Shown here: one piece after another, positions 23,755-36,891 of the stretch | How the letters are laid out: every line of letters begins with the position of its first letter | How positions within the stretch are numbered: the stretch's first letter is position 1 | Assembly: GCF_000143415.4 (NCBI RefSeq) | Contig: NW_003314300.1 | Location: 501,471-548,287, forward strand | Length of the DNA: 46,817 nucleotides | DNA from: Selaginella moellendorffii | Lineage: Eukaryota; Plantae; Lycopodiophyta | Reading direction: 5' to 3' | Made by a program: the position numbers and the translations under genes | Notes under the pieces: model-generated | The model's input: the letters and a program-made list of their open reading frames with translations, nothing else | What the model was told of the DNA's origin: nothing | The model's database searches: none

Positions 23755-24588
23755 GAAGTTATGTAAATTTTTTTATTGTCCAAAAATGCAATATAATGTT
23801 ATTCAATATGTGCATAACTACGTTTAATGCCAAGTTTATAATACTCCCCCTTATTGTGGCAAGGAACTAGATTGCTCAACTTATAATCTTTGTGAGAAAA
23901 AGATCAATGTTTACAATCACACTTGAGGCATTACTAATGCGGACACCATAATGTTGACAGTGGGGTTTAGGACATGTTTTCTAGTCATCACACAGCAGCT
24001 CCATGGAACAATTGGGAGAAGCAAGACTTGTGACAGCTTTCAGTCTTTCAACCCTGGGAGAGCAAGTAGTCTATAAGGCTTTTTTGTAATGATTGTGTGG
24101 AGCTCTATGTTTAGATTTGGAGAAATCTTTTTGTTGCTCACTACACCTGGGCCACATCATCAAGCCCAAATGCCATTGGTGAAATGACCATGAAGGCCAA
24201 AGGCATAGCATGTAGCTTTAGAAATACTATGAACTCTCTGGAAAGACAACTCTTTTGATTTACTCTCTGTGATATGAGCTCTTGACCCTTCTAATATTGC
24301 TAGTATATGCTATGCTAAATTGCGTGATAAGCACTCCCTTCATCAAAGTCCAAGCCCATACCCGATCAACAAACATGATCCTTTGGCATTTTTTGGTTCC
24401 AGAGCTAAAAAAAATAAGAAAAAATGTTTGTAGATAATGTTTTACCAAAAAGGATTTCCATATCTAAGATCCAGAAGAGTATGGTTATATTTTGTTCCTT
24501 CCAGCAACTTGGAGATCACAAGCCCGAGGACAATCCACTCGGGAGCGAGGTGGAAAAGATGAAAAGGGCCCGATGAAAACGGCGTTTC

Positions 24589-26910
24589 ATGCGCAGGATT
24601 ACTGGCGCCCAATGGGTGATCAACCTGGTGCGCTTCTGCGCCTCGAGGAAGGATCTAGCAGAGGCGAGGCGGATCCACGCCCAGATCCTCGACAGCGATC
24701 CACTGCGGCGGGACAAGCGCGTGGCCGATCAGCTGGTGCTCATGTACAGCAAATGCGGCAGCCTGGAGGAGGCTTGCGATGTGTTCCACACTATGATCGA
24801 GCTGCCGGATCTCTACAGTTGGAACGTCTTGGCTCTAGCTTATGCCCACCACGGGCACGCCGCGGGAGCCAAGGCCACTTTCGATCAAATGCCCCAGAGA
24901 AACCACGTATCGTGGCATTCGATCATCTCGGCTCACAGCATTCTCGGCCAGGCCGAGGAGGCCAAGCGCGTTCTTGACAGGATGCCGGCAGCGGATCTTC
25001 TCTCGTGGAACATCGTCATCGCTGTGTTTGCCCAGAAGCGGTATTTGTATGGGACGAAGCAAACGTTTGATTTGATGCCTGTTCTTGACATTGTCTCTTG
25101 GAATTGCCTTTTCACCACCTTTGCGCACAAAGGTGGGATTGATCAAACTTGCGAGTGCTTTTTTCTAATGCCGCAGTGGGATGCGGTGGCTTCAACTGCG
25201 ATGGTCCAAGCATATGCCCAGTTCGGGCATATGGAGGAATCCAAAGCCGTGTTTGATCAGTCCATGGATCGAGGAGCTGTCTTGTGGACAATCCTTCTCG
25301 TGGCATACACTCACGAAAATCTCATTGCCGAGGCAAGCGAGATCTTTGATCGGATGCCTGCGAGAGACGTGGTGGTGTGGACAGCGATTGTGTCGGCTCT
25401 GGGACAGAACGGCGAGTTCGATCGAGCGGCGGCGCTGTTCCACGCCATGCCGGAGAGAAACATCATCTCCTGGAACACGATGCTAGCCGCGAGCGCGATC
25501 AACAGGAGCGCGGAGGAGACCACGGCCATGTTTGAGGCACTGGACGAGCGAAACTTGGTGTCATGGAACATCCTGCTCGATTCCTATGCACGGAATGGCG
25601 CGCTGGATCGAGCCATGCACGCGTTTGATCTCATGCCGGCGTGGGAGAGCGTCGCTTGGAACACACTCATCGCTGGGTTGGGTCTGCGATTGCGGATCTC
25701 GGAGGCAAAGTCAATGTTTGATCGAATGCCCGCAACGAAGAACATCATCTCGTGGACGTCGATGATCCAGGGATTCGTCGAGACAGGCAGGGTGGATGAT
25801 GTTAAAGAGTTTTTCGATCTCATGCCTGGATGGGATCCAGCGTCTTGGAACTTGGTTCTCCAGGCGTATGCCCGGAGCGGGCATACCGAGAGCGTCAAGA
25901 GCGTGTTCCAGGAGATGCCCGAGAAATCTCTCCTCGCCCACGTCTTCCTCATCGCGGCATTCGCCCAGGGAGGCCAGATCGCGGAGGCCAAGAGCGCGTT
26001 CGAGCGGATGATCCGGCTGGACATCACGGCCTGGAACACGATCATCGCTGCCTACTGCGGAGATCACGATCCAGGCTTGAACAACGCGCGCAGGGGATTC
26101 GATCGGGCTCCCAAGCGCGACATCGTGTCGTGGAACACGATCATCAGTGGCTACGTCCAGCGCGAGAATCTGGAGGAGGCCAAGCTCCTGTTTGATTCCA
26201 TGCCCGAGAAGAACAGAGTCTCTTGCAACGCGATGCTGGCTGGCTACTCCAATCGATGCCTCGCGGACGAGGCCGCGGATCTCTTCCACTCCATGACCCA
26301 ATCCGCGATCACGCAGCCGGATCGGCTGTCCCTCACGGCGATGATCAACGTCTACTCCAAGACCGGGCAGCTCCAGCGAGCGCGGGATCTCTTCTCCAGC
26401 ATCGCCAATCCGGACGTGACGCTCTGGAACGCGATGATCGCCGGCCACTCCAACAGCGGCGATCTGGATCACGGCATCCAGCTGCTGCGCTCGATGTGGA
26501 TCGCGGGAGTGGATCCCGACGGCGTGACGCTCCTCACCGTCCTCGCGACTTGCGCACAAAAGGGTCTGATCGATGAGAGCTGCCACCACTTCCAGTCGCT
26601 GCTCACGGATCACGGCGTCCGGGCGGAGCGATCACACTTCTCGTGCATGGTGGATCTCCTGGCGCGGATTGGCCGGCTGGGCGACGCGATCGATCTGGCG
26701 ATGAGCATGCCGTTCGTCCCGGACGAAGTGGAGCTCGCATCTTTGCTCAGTGCTTGCGGTTTACATCGTGACGCCGACCAGGCCGCACGGGCAGCCATGG
26801 ATTTGGGGAGCGTATCTCCCACGCGATCCTCGCCGTACGTGCTCCTCTCCAATGCTTTTGTACAGGAGGTAACGCCGTTCTTGGCACCAGGTAATTACGC
26901 TACACTATAG
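24589..26910 (+). CDS. Pentatricopeptide repeat protein, PLS class with E-like C-terminus (773 aa), probable organellar RNA-editing factor
   Basis: Intronless ORF with about 20 repeats of the FDxMPx(R/W)DxVSWN type. It has LVLMYSKCGSLEEA at the N-terminus and HFSCMVDLLARIGRL...LLSAC..H...PYVLLSN at the C-terminus. No DYW domain. Confidence 0.93.
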   Translation: MRRITGAQWVINLVRFCASRKDLAEARRIHAQILDSDPLRRDKRVADQLVLMYSKCGSLEEACDVFHTMIELPDLYSWNVLALAYAHHGHAAGAKATFDQMPQRNHVSWHSIISAHSILGQAEEAKRVLDRMPAADLLSWNIVIAVFAQKRYLYGTKQTFDLMPVLDIVSWNCLFTTFAHKGGIDQTCECFFLMPQWDAVASTAMVQAYAQFGHMEESKAVFDQSMDRGAVLWTILLVAYTHENLIAEASEIFDRMPARDVVVWTAIVSALGQNGEFDRAAALFHAMPERNIISWNTMLAASAINRSAEETTAMFEALDERNLVSWNILLDSYARNGALDRAMHAFDLMPAWESVAWNTLIAGLGLRLRISEAKSMFDRMPATKNIISWTSMIQGFVETGRVDDVKEFFDLMPGWDPASWNLVLQAYARSGHTESVKSVFQEMPEKSLLAHVFLIAAFAQGGQIAEAKSAFERMIRLDITAWNTIIAAYCGDHDPGLNNARRGFDRAPKRDIVSWNTIISGYVQRENLEEAKLLFDSMPEKNRVSCNAMLAGYSNRCLADEAADLFHSMTQSAITQPDRLSLTAMINVYSKTGQLQRARDLFSSIANPDVTLWNAMIAGHSNSGDLDHGIQLLRSMWIAGVDPDGVTLLTVLATCAQKGLIDESCHHFQSLLTDHGVRAERSHFSCMVDLLARIGRLGDAIDLAMSMPFVPDEVELASLLSACGLHRDADQAARAAMDLGSVSPTRSSPYVLLSNAFVQEVTPFLAPGNYATL

Positions 26911-27516
26911 CTGACGCAAATGGCTTTCGAGTTCATCTCCATATACCCAAACTGGGCATACTTCTATATCGAAAGGTTGCATGGCTGAGTTTTTGTGATA
27001 TTCCATTTACTTGCAGCGCCAGCTTGATTGAAGCTGCCAACCTCTTGGAGAATGTGTATGAAGAATTATCTGTTCACTGACACATTTTTCTCTTGTGAAG
27101 TGGGCAAAGTGTGGCTTCTTATTATTTTGATCCAAAACTTCTACCTGTGCATTCAATCTTGTGTGACACTTTTTGATACGTTCTAGATGGTAAAAGCAGG
27201 GAGAAAGCCCATTATTCAAGTGATGGTCAGGATGTTTAAAATTCTGTGCGGCAAGCAGGCTTTACATGGAGAGCTTGGGTGGCTGCTACGGATCTCCTCC
27301 AGGAATCGGACGAGTGAAAGGCTGAGCGAAGGCTGGGCTTTTACGTAAGGTGCCTTTCTGGTATATCTTCATCTGCTTTTCAAGTCGATCAATCACTCAA
27401 ACTTGATTCAAGATGCAGGAAAAGCTGGGGAAAAGCTACAGAAAAATGCGGCTTGGGTCCTAGAATGAATAAAGCACTGATCTGATCGCTTCTCCAGCGT
27501 CACCGAATCTACTCCA

Positions 27517-27605
27517 ACGAAGTGGAGCTCGCATCTTTGCTAAGTGCGTGTCGTGGGCCGGGCACCGTATCACGCGATCGTCAAATGCCTTTCGTACAAG
27601 AGGTG
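27517..27605 (+). pseudogene. Degenerate duplicate fragment of the PPR gene 3' end
   Basis: ACGAAGTGGAGCTCGCATCTTTGCT matches 26723-26747 exactly, followed by patchy similarity to 26810-26870. Confidence 0.6.
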
Positions 27606-29123
27606 AGACAACGAGAGAAAGAACTTAAAGCAACATGGCTTTCGGTGGACCTTCAATGTAGAAAGTAGATCACAAATGGGCATATCCAAGCTTGATGATT
27701 CCCACATTGTCCTCTGGAATTCATAGCGCATCTTTGCTTGGGGTGATCTCAAGACTTTAGGGTTCTTGCTTAACTTGCAAGAGTGTTTTGGAGGGCTAAG
27801 CTAAGTACATTGAACCTATCGCCGACCGGATTATCAGCCGGCATCATTGTATATACGATAAAGTCTCCTGGCTAACAAGCCCTTGTCTCCTTTCTAATGT
27901 CTTTCCTTACGTGCAATTGATTGCGCAGGCGATTCAGTCGCGCCTCAAGGTTGACGGACGAAGACGATTCGGTTCGCAGCTCTGGCATTGGTGGTGGCAC
28001 ACTTGTTTTTTGTTTATGGGCGCCATTGGATGCCCTCCCGGCGCGAGATATTCCACGCCAAAGGCGCTGGCTTTGAGACTAATCTGGCCCATTTACAATA
28101 CAATATTGGAGACAGCACATGACTAAGCGGGTCATGAGAGCTCAATCATAGGCGCGCGCCAGAGGGATTTGGATTGATCAAACCAAAAAATTGGCCAGCT
28201 TCTCGCCCATAAGCCCTAAATTATGAGCTTTCGTTGTATGTTGCATGGGGACGTCCCCATCAGGCCCCTGTCAGGCGGCCCATTTAAGGCCAAAGCCAGT
28301 GGAAAATAAATGGCGGCCAAAGGAGAGAAAGGAAAGATGCCATGCCAAAGGCTTTGCCACGTCTTTAAGGACAGGTCCTTGCCAAGGACACATAAAAGGA
28401 CACACCAGTGGCGCCAGCTTGCCTGTTGGCGCAAGGCAAGGACCACCCGTGCGCATTTACACCGGGGGGGTTAAGGACACAACGCCCCCCCCGGATGATG
28501 CCCAACGCTGGCTACTATCGTTGTTACCTGGCCGCTAAAAAGGCGGGGCCACCGGCCGGAGCCACTTTCCGACAGGCTCTTTCATGGAAGTGGTCAGTCC
28601 GTACGGGCTCCGTAGGCTGAGGCCGACCGTCGGATGGATCGGAATCGGCGGTGAGAGAATTAATGAACGGACGGCGGATTGGTTGTTACACGTGGTTTTC
28701 CAGTCCAGCAGGGCCGTCCGATTACGACACTGGAGCGTGGTCCTTTATTTCTTTGAGGTTTTTGGCGGAGGCCGGATTGTTGGCGCTACCAAGAACCCTG
28801 ATCCAGGGAGCGCGAAATCTCTCTCGGCGGCATCAATGAGAGTGTGATTCCAGGTATGAATCGCGCGGCGCTCGCGACGCGCCAGCGATCTTTCCCCTCC
28901 TCTGCTCTTCGTCCTGCCTGGCCCGCGCGAAATTCAATCTCCCGGCCATTGATTGCGAGTCTTGCGCGGGATTCGTGTCTCCATTCCGAGCCAGCGCCTA
29001 CTTGCATTCCGCTCAATCCCTCCATCAAAGCCCTCCCCTATCCACATCGCCAGGAATTTGGTCTGAATTTCTTGCTGACCGCAGGTAACGCGAGAGCTTC
29101 CACATTCCGGGAGCTGATCGGCC

Positions 29124-32100
29124 ATGCCAAGGAGGAGAAAGACGCCCAGAGAGGATGAGAAAGGATCTTCTCCACCTTCGTCGAGCGGAGCTTCTCCACA
29201 GCCGCCGCCCCGTGCCGCCGCAAGCTCCAGCTCAAGCTCCACTCCGCCACCGCAAGCTTCACAAGGGGCTTTAGCCATGGCCAGGCATCCACAATACTCG
29301 CAGCATTACCAAGTAGGAGGAACTAGTGGTGGAAGGAGTGGAGGTCAGTATAGTCAATCACGTAGTGGCCGTGGAGGAGGAGGAACGGGAGGATATCATG
29401 GGCAGCAGCAGCCACAGCAGCAGCAACAGCCGCGACAAGCTCCAGCAGTGAGCGCCGTGGTAGAGCAATTTTCTGGATTGGGTGTGGAAGGTCCAGTTGC
29501 TGCGCAACCAGCGCCACCGCAGCCGAGCGTCGTAGCTCCTCCAGCGTCTAGCAAGGCCTTGAGATTTCCGCTGAGGCCCGGACGCGGCCAAACGGGGGTT
29601 AAGTGCATTGTCAAGGTGAATCATTTCTTTGCAGAGCTACCAGACAAGGATCTACACCACTATGATGTAAGTTTCTTCTTGTCACGAGCTAGTGTTTGCA
29701 TCCAATTGGCTTGTTTTGCTTGCGCAGGTGACGATCACTCCCGAGGTGACATCGCGTGGTGTGAATCGAGCGGTCATGGAGCAGCTGGTTAAGCTTCACA
29801 GGGATTCGAGTTTGGGTCACAGGCTCCCAGTGTATGATGGCCGGAAAAGCCTGTACACTGCTGGGCCTTTGCCCTTCCATTATAAGGACTTTCAGGTAAG
29901 TCTGCCGGAGGAAGATGATGGATGTGGTACACCGAGGTGAGTGTAGCTTAGCTTTTCTTTTCTTTTACAGCATACTGAAGAAAAGCATAAAATATCTTTC
30001 AGGAGAGATCGGCAGTTCAAGGTGGTCATCAAGTTCGCTGCTCGTGCTGATCTGCATCATCTTGGCCAGTTTCTGGCCGGGAGGCAAGCAGATGCTCCTC
30101 AAGAGGCCTTGCAAGTGCTGGACATAGTGCTGCGAGAGCTTCCTACCCATAGGTTCGCTCCTCTTTTCTTTGGTATCGGGTTTTTATGTGTTTCTTTTGA
30201 GTTCTTCCAGGTATTCGCCTGTTGGACGATCGTTTTATTCACCAGACTTAGGACGTAGACAACCCCTCGGTGACGGCTTAGAAAGCTGGCGAGGGTTCTA
30301 CCAGAGTATAAGGCCCACGCAAATGGGTCTTTCTCTGAATATTGGTAAGGATTATGAAATGTGATGGTATGTGTTCTGATCTATTGTTGAAGACATGTCA
30401 TCTACTGCTTTCATTGAGCCGCTGCCCGTGGTGGACTTTGTTGGCAAACTCCTTAACAAGGACATAAGCAGGCCACTTTCGGACGCTGACCGCATCAAGG
30501 TAAAGTCCCAGCTTGGTTTGCGAAGAGCGATTTTAAGCTAGATCTGATTTTCTGTGCCAGATCAAAAAAGCTCTGAGAGGGGTCAAAGTGGAAGTTACAC
30601 ATCGCGGAACCATGCGACGAAAATACAGGATTTCTGGCTTAACTTCTCAGCCTACTCAAGAACTAATGTAAGTGTTTCTGATTGTTTGTGATGTGTCTTA
30701 TTTTGTGTTTGCAGGTTTCCTGTTGATGATAGAGGTACAATGAAATCGGTAATGGAGTATTTCCGAGATACATATCACTACACTATACGAAGCCCATCTT
30801 TACCTTGTTTGCAAGTTGGAAATCAAGAAAGACCAAATTATCTGCCAATGGAGGTGTGCAGTTTTCGTAGGCATGCAACGGACTAAGTTCATTTTTGGCT
30901 GATTAACAGGTCTGCAAGATTGTGGAAGGACAAAGGTATACTAAACGTCTCAACGAGCGTCAAGTGACAGCCCTTCTAAAAGTAACATGCCAACGGCCCA
31001 GGGAAAGAGAACTCGATATTTTGCAAGTAGGATAAGAATCTTTTCCCGTTTTTGTCTCTATTTTTATTTAACTGTTCTTATGTTTTGTGCTAGACTGTTT
31101 ATCATAATGCATATAATCAAGACCCATACGCCCAGGAGTTTGGGATACGTATCAGTGACAGACTGGCTCTCGTGGAAGCTAGAATACTGCCTGCCCCATG
31201 GGTTTGTGTTTCTTCTCTTTTGTTGTCATACAATGTTCTTTAAAAATGCGGGTTTGCAGCTGAAATATCATGAAACGGGTAGAGAAAAGGATTGCTTGCC
31301 TCAAGACGGGACCTGGAATATGATGAACAAGGTAAGCGTGCTTGGAAGAAAACTGTTCTTTTTTAATTCATATGTCTCCAGAAAATGGTCGATGGAGGGA
31401 CAGTGAACTACTGGGCATGCGTCAATTTCTCTCGTACTGTTCAAGATAATATAGCTCGGGGATTTTGTAACGACCTTGCTCAGATGTGTCTTATTTCCGG
31501 AATGGTACGGCTTAAAGAATGATCTTCAGTACTAATCGTATATGACATGCAGGCGTTTGCTGCTGAACCTATCATTCCAGTTCATGCTGCACGCCCAGAC
31601 CAGGTAGAACGTGCTCTGAAGTCGGTATATCGTGAAGTTCAAAGCAAGGTCAAAGGAAAGGAATTAGAGTTACTAATTGCCATATTACCCGACAACAATG
31701 GCTCACTTTATGGTAAGAGACTTGGTTTTTTACAGATTTGCTGATAAGTTTTATTCCAGGCGACTTGAAACGAATCTGCGAAACAGACCTGGGATTGGTT
31801 TCTCAATGCTGCTTGACAAAGCATGTCTTTAAGAGAGGAAAGCAGTATCTTGCTAATGTTGCGTTGAAAATCAATGTCAAGGTAGGGCGCTTCATGCACG
31901 ATGTTCGTGAATAAGCTCAACAAGTTTGTTGTAAGGTCGGAGGCAGAAACACTGTCTTGGTGGATGCACTATCACGGAGGCTTCCTTTAGTAAGTGATAC
32001 ACCAACAATTATATTTGGAGCGGATGTTACGCATCCTCATCCTGGAGAAGATTCGAGTCCCTCGATTGCAGCGGTAAGTGTACGATTTTTCTTTTCGTGT

Positions 32101-33220
32101 GTCTCTCAATAAGCTGCCTGTTACAGGTTGTCGCTTCTCAGGATTGGCCAGAAGTAACGAAATACGCAGGTCTAGTCTGCGCTCAAGCTCACAGACAAGA
32201 GTTGATCCAAGATTTGTATAAAACATGGGTTGATCCTCAGAAGGGAACCATGAATGGCGGTATGATAAGGTTAGTAGCGGTGAGTTTTTTGTTTTACTTA
32301 TTGTGCTAACATACGCAAACTTTAGAGAGCTTTTAATTTCTTTCCGAAGTGCCTCTGGATACAAACCTGGAAGAATCATCTTCTACAGAGATGGTGTGAG
32401 CGAAGGACAGTTCTACCAAGTTCTCCTTCACGAGCTGGATGCAATTAGAAAGGTATAGTATGGAAAGACTTGGCACATTGACTGATTCAGCTCTTCGTTT
32501 TGGACAGGCTTGCGCGTCACTCGAGCCGAACTATCAGCCTCTCGTGACGTTCGTTGTGGTCCAGAAACGGCACCACACCCGACTATTTGCTAACGATCAC
32601 GACGATACAAGAACTACTGATAAGAGTGGAAATATCCTGCCAGGTGCTGTTGCCGTTTATAAGTGGCGAATTTAGATAACTAATGAGAGACCGTTTTCCT
32701 TCACAGGCACTGTGGTGGATTCGAAGATTTGCCATCCAACGGAGTTTGACTTCTACCTTTGCAGCCATGCCGGCATTCAGGTAACATGATGGCACCCTGG
32801 CCTTTGTAGCTTTGCTCATACGACGAGACTATGTTACAGGGAACAAGCAGACCAGCTCACTATCACGTACTTTGGGACGAGAACAAGTTCACTGCCGATG
32901 GCTTGCAGTCCCTCACCAACAGCCTGTGCTACACTTACGCTCGCTGCACACGCTCAGTCTCGATAGGTAAAGACCATAGCTCTTTCCCATAGGCTTTGAC
33001 AACTAAAGCACAAAGCAATCGTCCTTTTCTTTCAGTACCACCTGCATACTACGCTCACCTGGCTGCGTTCCGCGCGAGATTCTACATGGAGCCGGACGCG
33101 TCCGAGGCTGGCTCCGTCCACCGGAACACTGCTCCCCGAGCTGGTAATCGCCAGGATGGCTCCATCCGGCCGCTGCCCGCGTTGAAGGACAAGGTTAAGA
33201 AGGTCATGTTCTACTGCTAG
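29124..33220 (+). CDS. AGO1: Argonaute, AGO1/5/10 clade, about 20 coding exons
   Basis: G/Q-rich N-terminus, [46 protein letters not shown] exons, [52 protein letters not shown]-terminal MFYC*. Short GT-AG introns (first 29667-29727). The start could alternatively be the Met near 29277. Confidence 0.93.
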
Positions 33221-33532
33221 TCAGTATGCTACTGCTCTCTTTTGCTTTTATCTCGCGTTTTTAATCTATCTGACTCCTGTTGCTTTCGCATACTTAGTGT
33301 CTCACTAGGGGGGCCTCGTTGTCAAAGTCGCGCCTTGTTTTTGCTCCTGGTGGTTTACTCCATTTCGGATTCTACACTTCCACTACTGCTTCCAGCGGCA
33401 GTCCTCGAGCGCGCAGGCTCAATGATGAAACCACCATGAAGTAGCAACAAACAAAGGAGGATCCTTGAAATCCAACACCATAAATGCCGAGCCAGGGCAC
33501 TGCAAATTGCTAACAACAAAACGCAGTCTGGT

Positions 33533-33551
33533 GCAGCAGCAGCAGCAGCAG
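33533..33551. repeat. (GCA)6 microsatellite
   Basis: Read directly. Confidence 0.8.
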
Positions 33552-34254
33552 TAGTCGAACAACAGAGGATTGTCTTCACTCTCCTGGCAAAACGGTACTG
33601 CTTTCCTTTGCTTCGTTTCCATCTCTATGGCGTGCAATTCGTAAAAGGGTGGATATTACAACGGTGGATTTCACTCACACCACATGTATGCCAGCTATTG
33701 TTCTATGTGTATTATGAGTGAAAAAACACAGGCATAGAATATTTTACGAATATTTAATCCTTATGCCCCGGATGGGGCATCATGCCCATAGCAATGACCC
33801 ATGCTATGTGCGGAATGGAGCCATTCATGGGCCATAGACCCATTCATCCCATGCATTCTGGCAAGTTGTTAATCAAATGGACAATTGACCAAATTGCATA
33901 CCATATTACTTTATCTAGAGCACTATGTTCTCACTTCTTGCTCTTGGCGCTTATGGCAAAAGAACTGAATTATCATTACTATGCACCCTTGCGTAGTACA
34001 CAATCTAAGTATGAGCCCCACCAATTCATGGAATTAACCTACTTTTGAGTCATATGCAAATCTTCAAACCATCATGGTACAAAACTAAAGCATTGAAAGA
34101 GTTACATTGGAAATCAATGGCAATGAAGGATAAACTCAATCAGATGCATTAGAGATGTGACTCCAAACAGTATATATCCATGGCTTTGCAATGGAGCTAC
34201 ATGAAGTTCACTTACACTTGCTATGAACACTATGTTAAAAGAGGTGTGCCAAAA

Positions 34255-34379
34255 AAGCGCAATTACCAATTGTGCGAATCAACGATTCCTCTCGTACTAA
34301 GTTGAATTGTTCACCCACCAATAGGGAACGTGGGCTGGGTTTAAACTGTCGTGAGATAGGTTAGTTTTACCCATTGATG
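34255..34379. pseudogene. Rearranged 25S/26S rRNA fragment (3' domain)
   Basis: 34306-34379 is sense LSU rRNA (ATTGTTCACCCACCAATAGGGAACGTG.GCTGGGTTTA.AC.GTCGTGAGA.AGGTTAGTTTTACCC). 34255-34308 is the antisense of the adjacent downstream segment (AATTCAAC.TAGTACGAGAGGAA.CGTTGATTCGCACAATTGG). Confidence 0.88.
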
Positions 34380-34699
34380 CTTGGACCTGGAGTTCTCTTA
34401 ACAGTAGCATGCTGAAGAAGATTTAAGAATATGGAAGTTGCAATTGCATGCAGTAACATTCAGGTGAGAAGAGCAATAACAATGGACACTTTTAACATTT
34501 TCCAATCATAATTGTTTCAAATTTTGAAATTTGTAAAAAGGAAGCATGAGGCAAAACTATTCAATATATACTGTGTGCTATGGCCAAAAAACTAGAGTTT
34601 TCAGGAATTGAAAGCTCATGCTCACTTTGGTAATAATAAATTTGTGATAGTTTCCTATATGCTCTAACCCTATTGTAATGTTTGAGGTTTCTAAATTTC

Positions 34700-36200
34700 C
34701 TCTTAACATAACAAACTAGAGAGGATTCTATGACTTCTTTGAGGCACAACAATGGATCCAACAAGGCACAAAACCGAGGATTTTATATGATGCTTCCTCC
34801 TCTCAAGGCTCAGCAATCCCTCCGACAAGGCAGCCTATAATATTTTGAATATTCTTACTTTTAGCTTTGCTAATGAATTAAGTTGAATTGAAAAGAGTCT
34901 TTTTCAAAGTGTGAAGGAATTATATATTTCAAGACAATTATCTATTTTTTTTGTGGAAGTGTTTAGATTATGGTACTTCCACAACATTAGCCCAATCCAT
35001 ATAAGCTCTCTGGATTCTAAAGTGCCTGGTGGATCTTGTGTTTGGTCCGCTCCATTGACGGGTATGTAAAGGGAAGAAAACTTTTTATGTGTATATGGAG
35101 AACTTAAGAAATCAAGTAGATGATGTACCTTATCTCTCAACTTGGATCCAAATAGGCTTTCCCGGTTGGAACTCTGGAGAATCAACCATGAAGTGATGGA
35201 ACTTGGATAACTCTTTCGGGCTCATATTTATAAAATGCTCAAACATACAAGAGTTTTAGATGTTTGTGAAAGTAAATAATTACCTCGGATGATATCCATA
35301 ATCCAGTTGTGGAAGTTCTCTCCAAAGTCCTAATTAAAGACTAGGCAATTGATAAACTCCACTAGAGGAATGATTGTCCTTATTCGGAAGACTTATAACA
35401 AAGCATCTGTTCCAATGAGTGAAAGCTCACTTAGCAATGCTAAACTCTTGTAAGGCTTCTAATGAGCTTCCATACACATTGAGTGTTGGAAGCCATCTTG
35501 GAGTAAGTTTCCCATTACATTTGGCTTGATGAATAGGTAACGCTAGACCACCATAGCCATGCATGCCTCCACAGCCTATTTATAACCGTCATCAAGTTTA
35601 GTAAGTCTAGACTCAAGCATTGTAGTCAATAATTGCTAAGTTCTTTAGGATGGAATCCATAGACTTGCGTCGATCGCCCTCCTCCTTTAAGCCTAATGCA
35701 CCTCACAATTGATTAAGTGCATTCCAAATATGTGGCATGTATGCCTTGAGGTCCATCTCATATAGTCCTCCTCGGGTAAGTCGTCAGTCATTCTTATCTA
35801 GTTGCAATTGCCAATGTTGCAATTATACACCCATGAGATACCTGTGCATTATATTTGAACACTTGGAATAATAACCAACCCACAAAGATAGCCTGTGCAT
35901 ATAGAAATGAGGAACATATAAAACTTATGCTTTAAACTTAACTTACCATGTCCCGCTCTTTTTGTTGCAATATCCTAAAATGTATTGGCCAACTGGGATG
36001 CCAATTTGTGGCTCTTTCCCTAAGCACAAATAGTCCACATGTCTATAACACAAAATTACTCTAATGAGCCAAGTGAAAATTAGACTTATCAATCCTAGAA
36101 TTTGGCAAACAGCCTCCCTAATGGCTTTTGCATGTGGCCCATCCGCATCTATTGTGGCTTCCTCCCACACCAAAGCTCACATATAAACCACTTTGTAATT
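34700..36200 (-). pseudogene. Decayed second ORF of the IS3EU-like element, possibly HECT-like
   Basis: WEEATIDADGPHAKAI resembles the HECT E.A.D.GGP.RE motif after G-to-A decay. The remainder is fragmented and the boundaries are approximate. Confidence 0.25.
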
Positions 36201-36891
36201 TGGTGTGCGGAGATTAGTATTGAAAGTGAATTAAAAACAACTTAATTCATTATTTAGTGCAATCTAGAAGGACAAGTGAAGGAAATCCAATTCATAAGCA
36301 ATCCATTGTTTACTAGAATGCGAGACAGCCTCAAACATATGCAAGCAAGTCTATATAACTAAAGCATGCCCTTCTTGATGTAGAAACGGGAGAACTTACA
36401 ATATAGTATTTTAGCAGTGTGAAATAGTTCTCTCAATTATTGTGCAGCCGCCTAATTTCTACGTAGGTCCCTGCACAAAATAATAAGATGGTACTAGATG
36501 CTAAAAAATAGATACATATACCTCTTCTCAATGAGCCATGCTATTGTGGAGTCAACAATTGAAAGAGGCATATTGATGCCTCCTTTAGCAAGGAGTTGCT
36601 GGATTGTGTTGTCACAAAATACACTCTCATATTGTGCCTCTAAAATGCCAAGCTTAAGGAGAACACTCTCCCAATCCTACCAATGGGGCATGACTTTGCT
36701 GAAAAGCACACGCTAAAAAAGTATTTCACCGCCAGCCTAATAGAACTTAGGGTGTCTAACAACAGTGTCTAGCATCTCATCGTCACCTGTGCTCTCCATG
36801 CCAAAGCAACCAAAAAACTTGTGTTTCAACCACTGCACCTTTGAGAGAACTTGTAGCGCACATGGTTTTGACCCTTTATCCTATGGTGATT

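Noticed and set aside
24492-26852. Overlapping alternative-frame and antisense ORFs within the PPR gene
   Set aside because: Shadow ORFs of a GC-rich coding sequence.
28216-28620. Possible MITE or hairpin element in the AGO1 upstream region (CCGGGGGGG...CCCCCCCGG)
   Set aside because: Could not identify paired termini or a TSD.
29105-29123. miR168-like target site (TTCCGGGAGCTGATCGGCC) upstream of AGO1
   Set aside because: Too many mismatches and gaps relative to the canonical site.
33355-33637. Small minus-strand ORFs (possible secreted peptide) downstream of AGO1
   Set aside because: No recognisable peptide motif; partly explained by a (GCA)n microsatellite.
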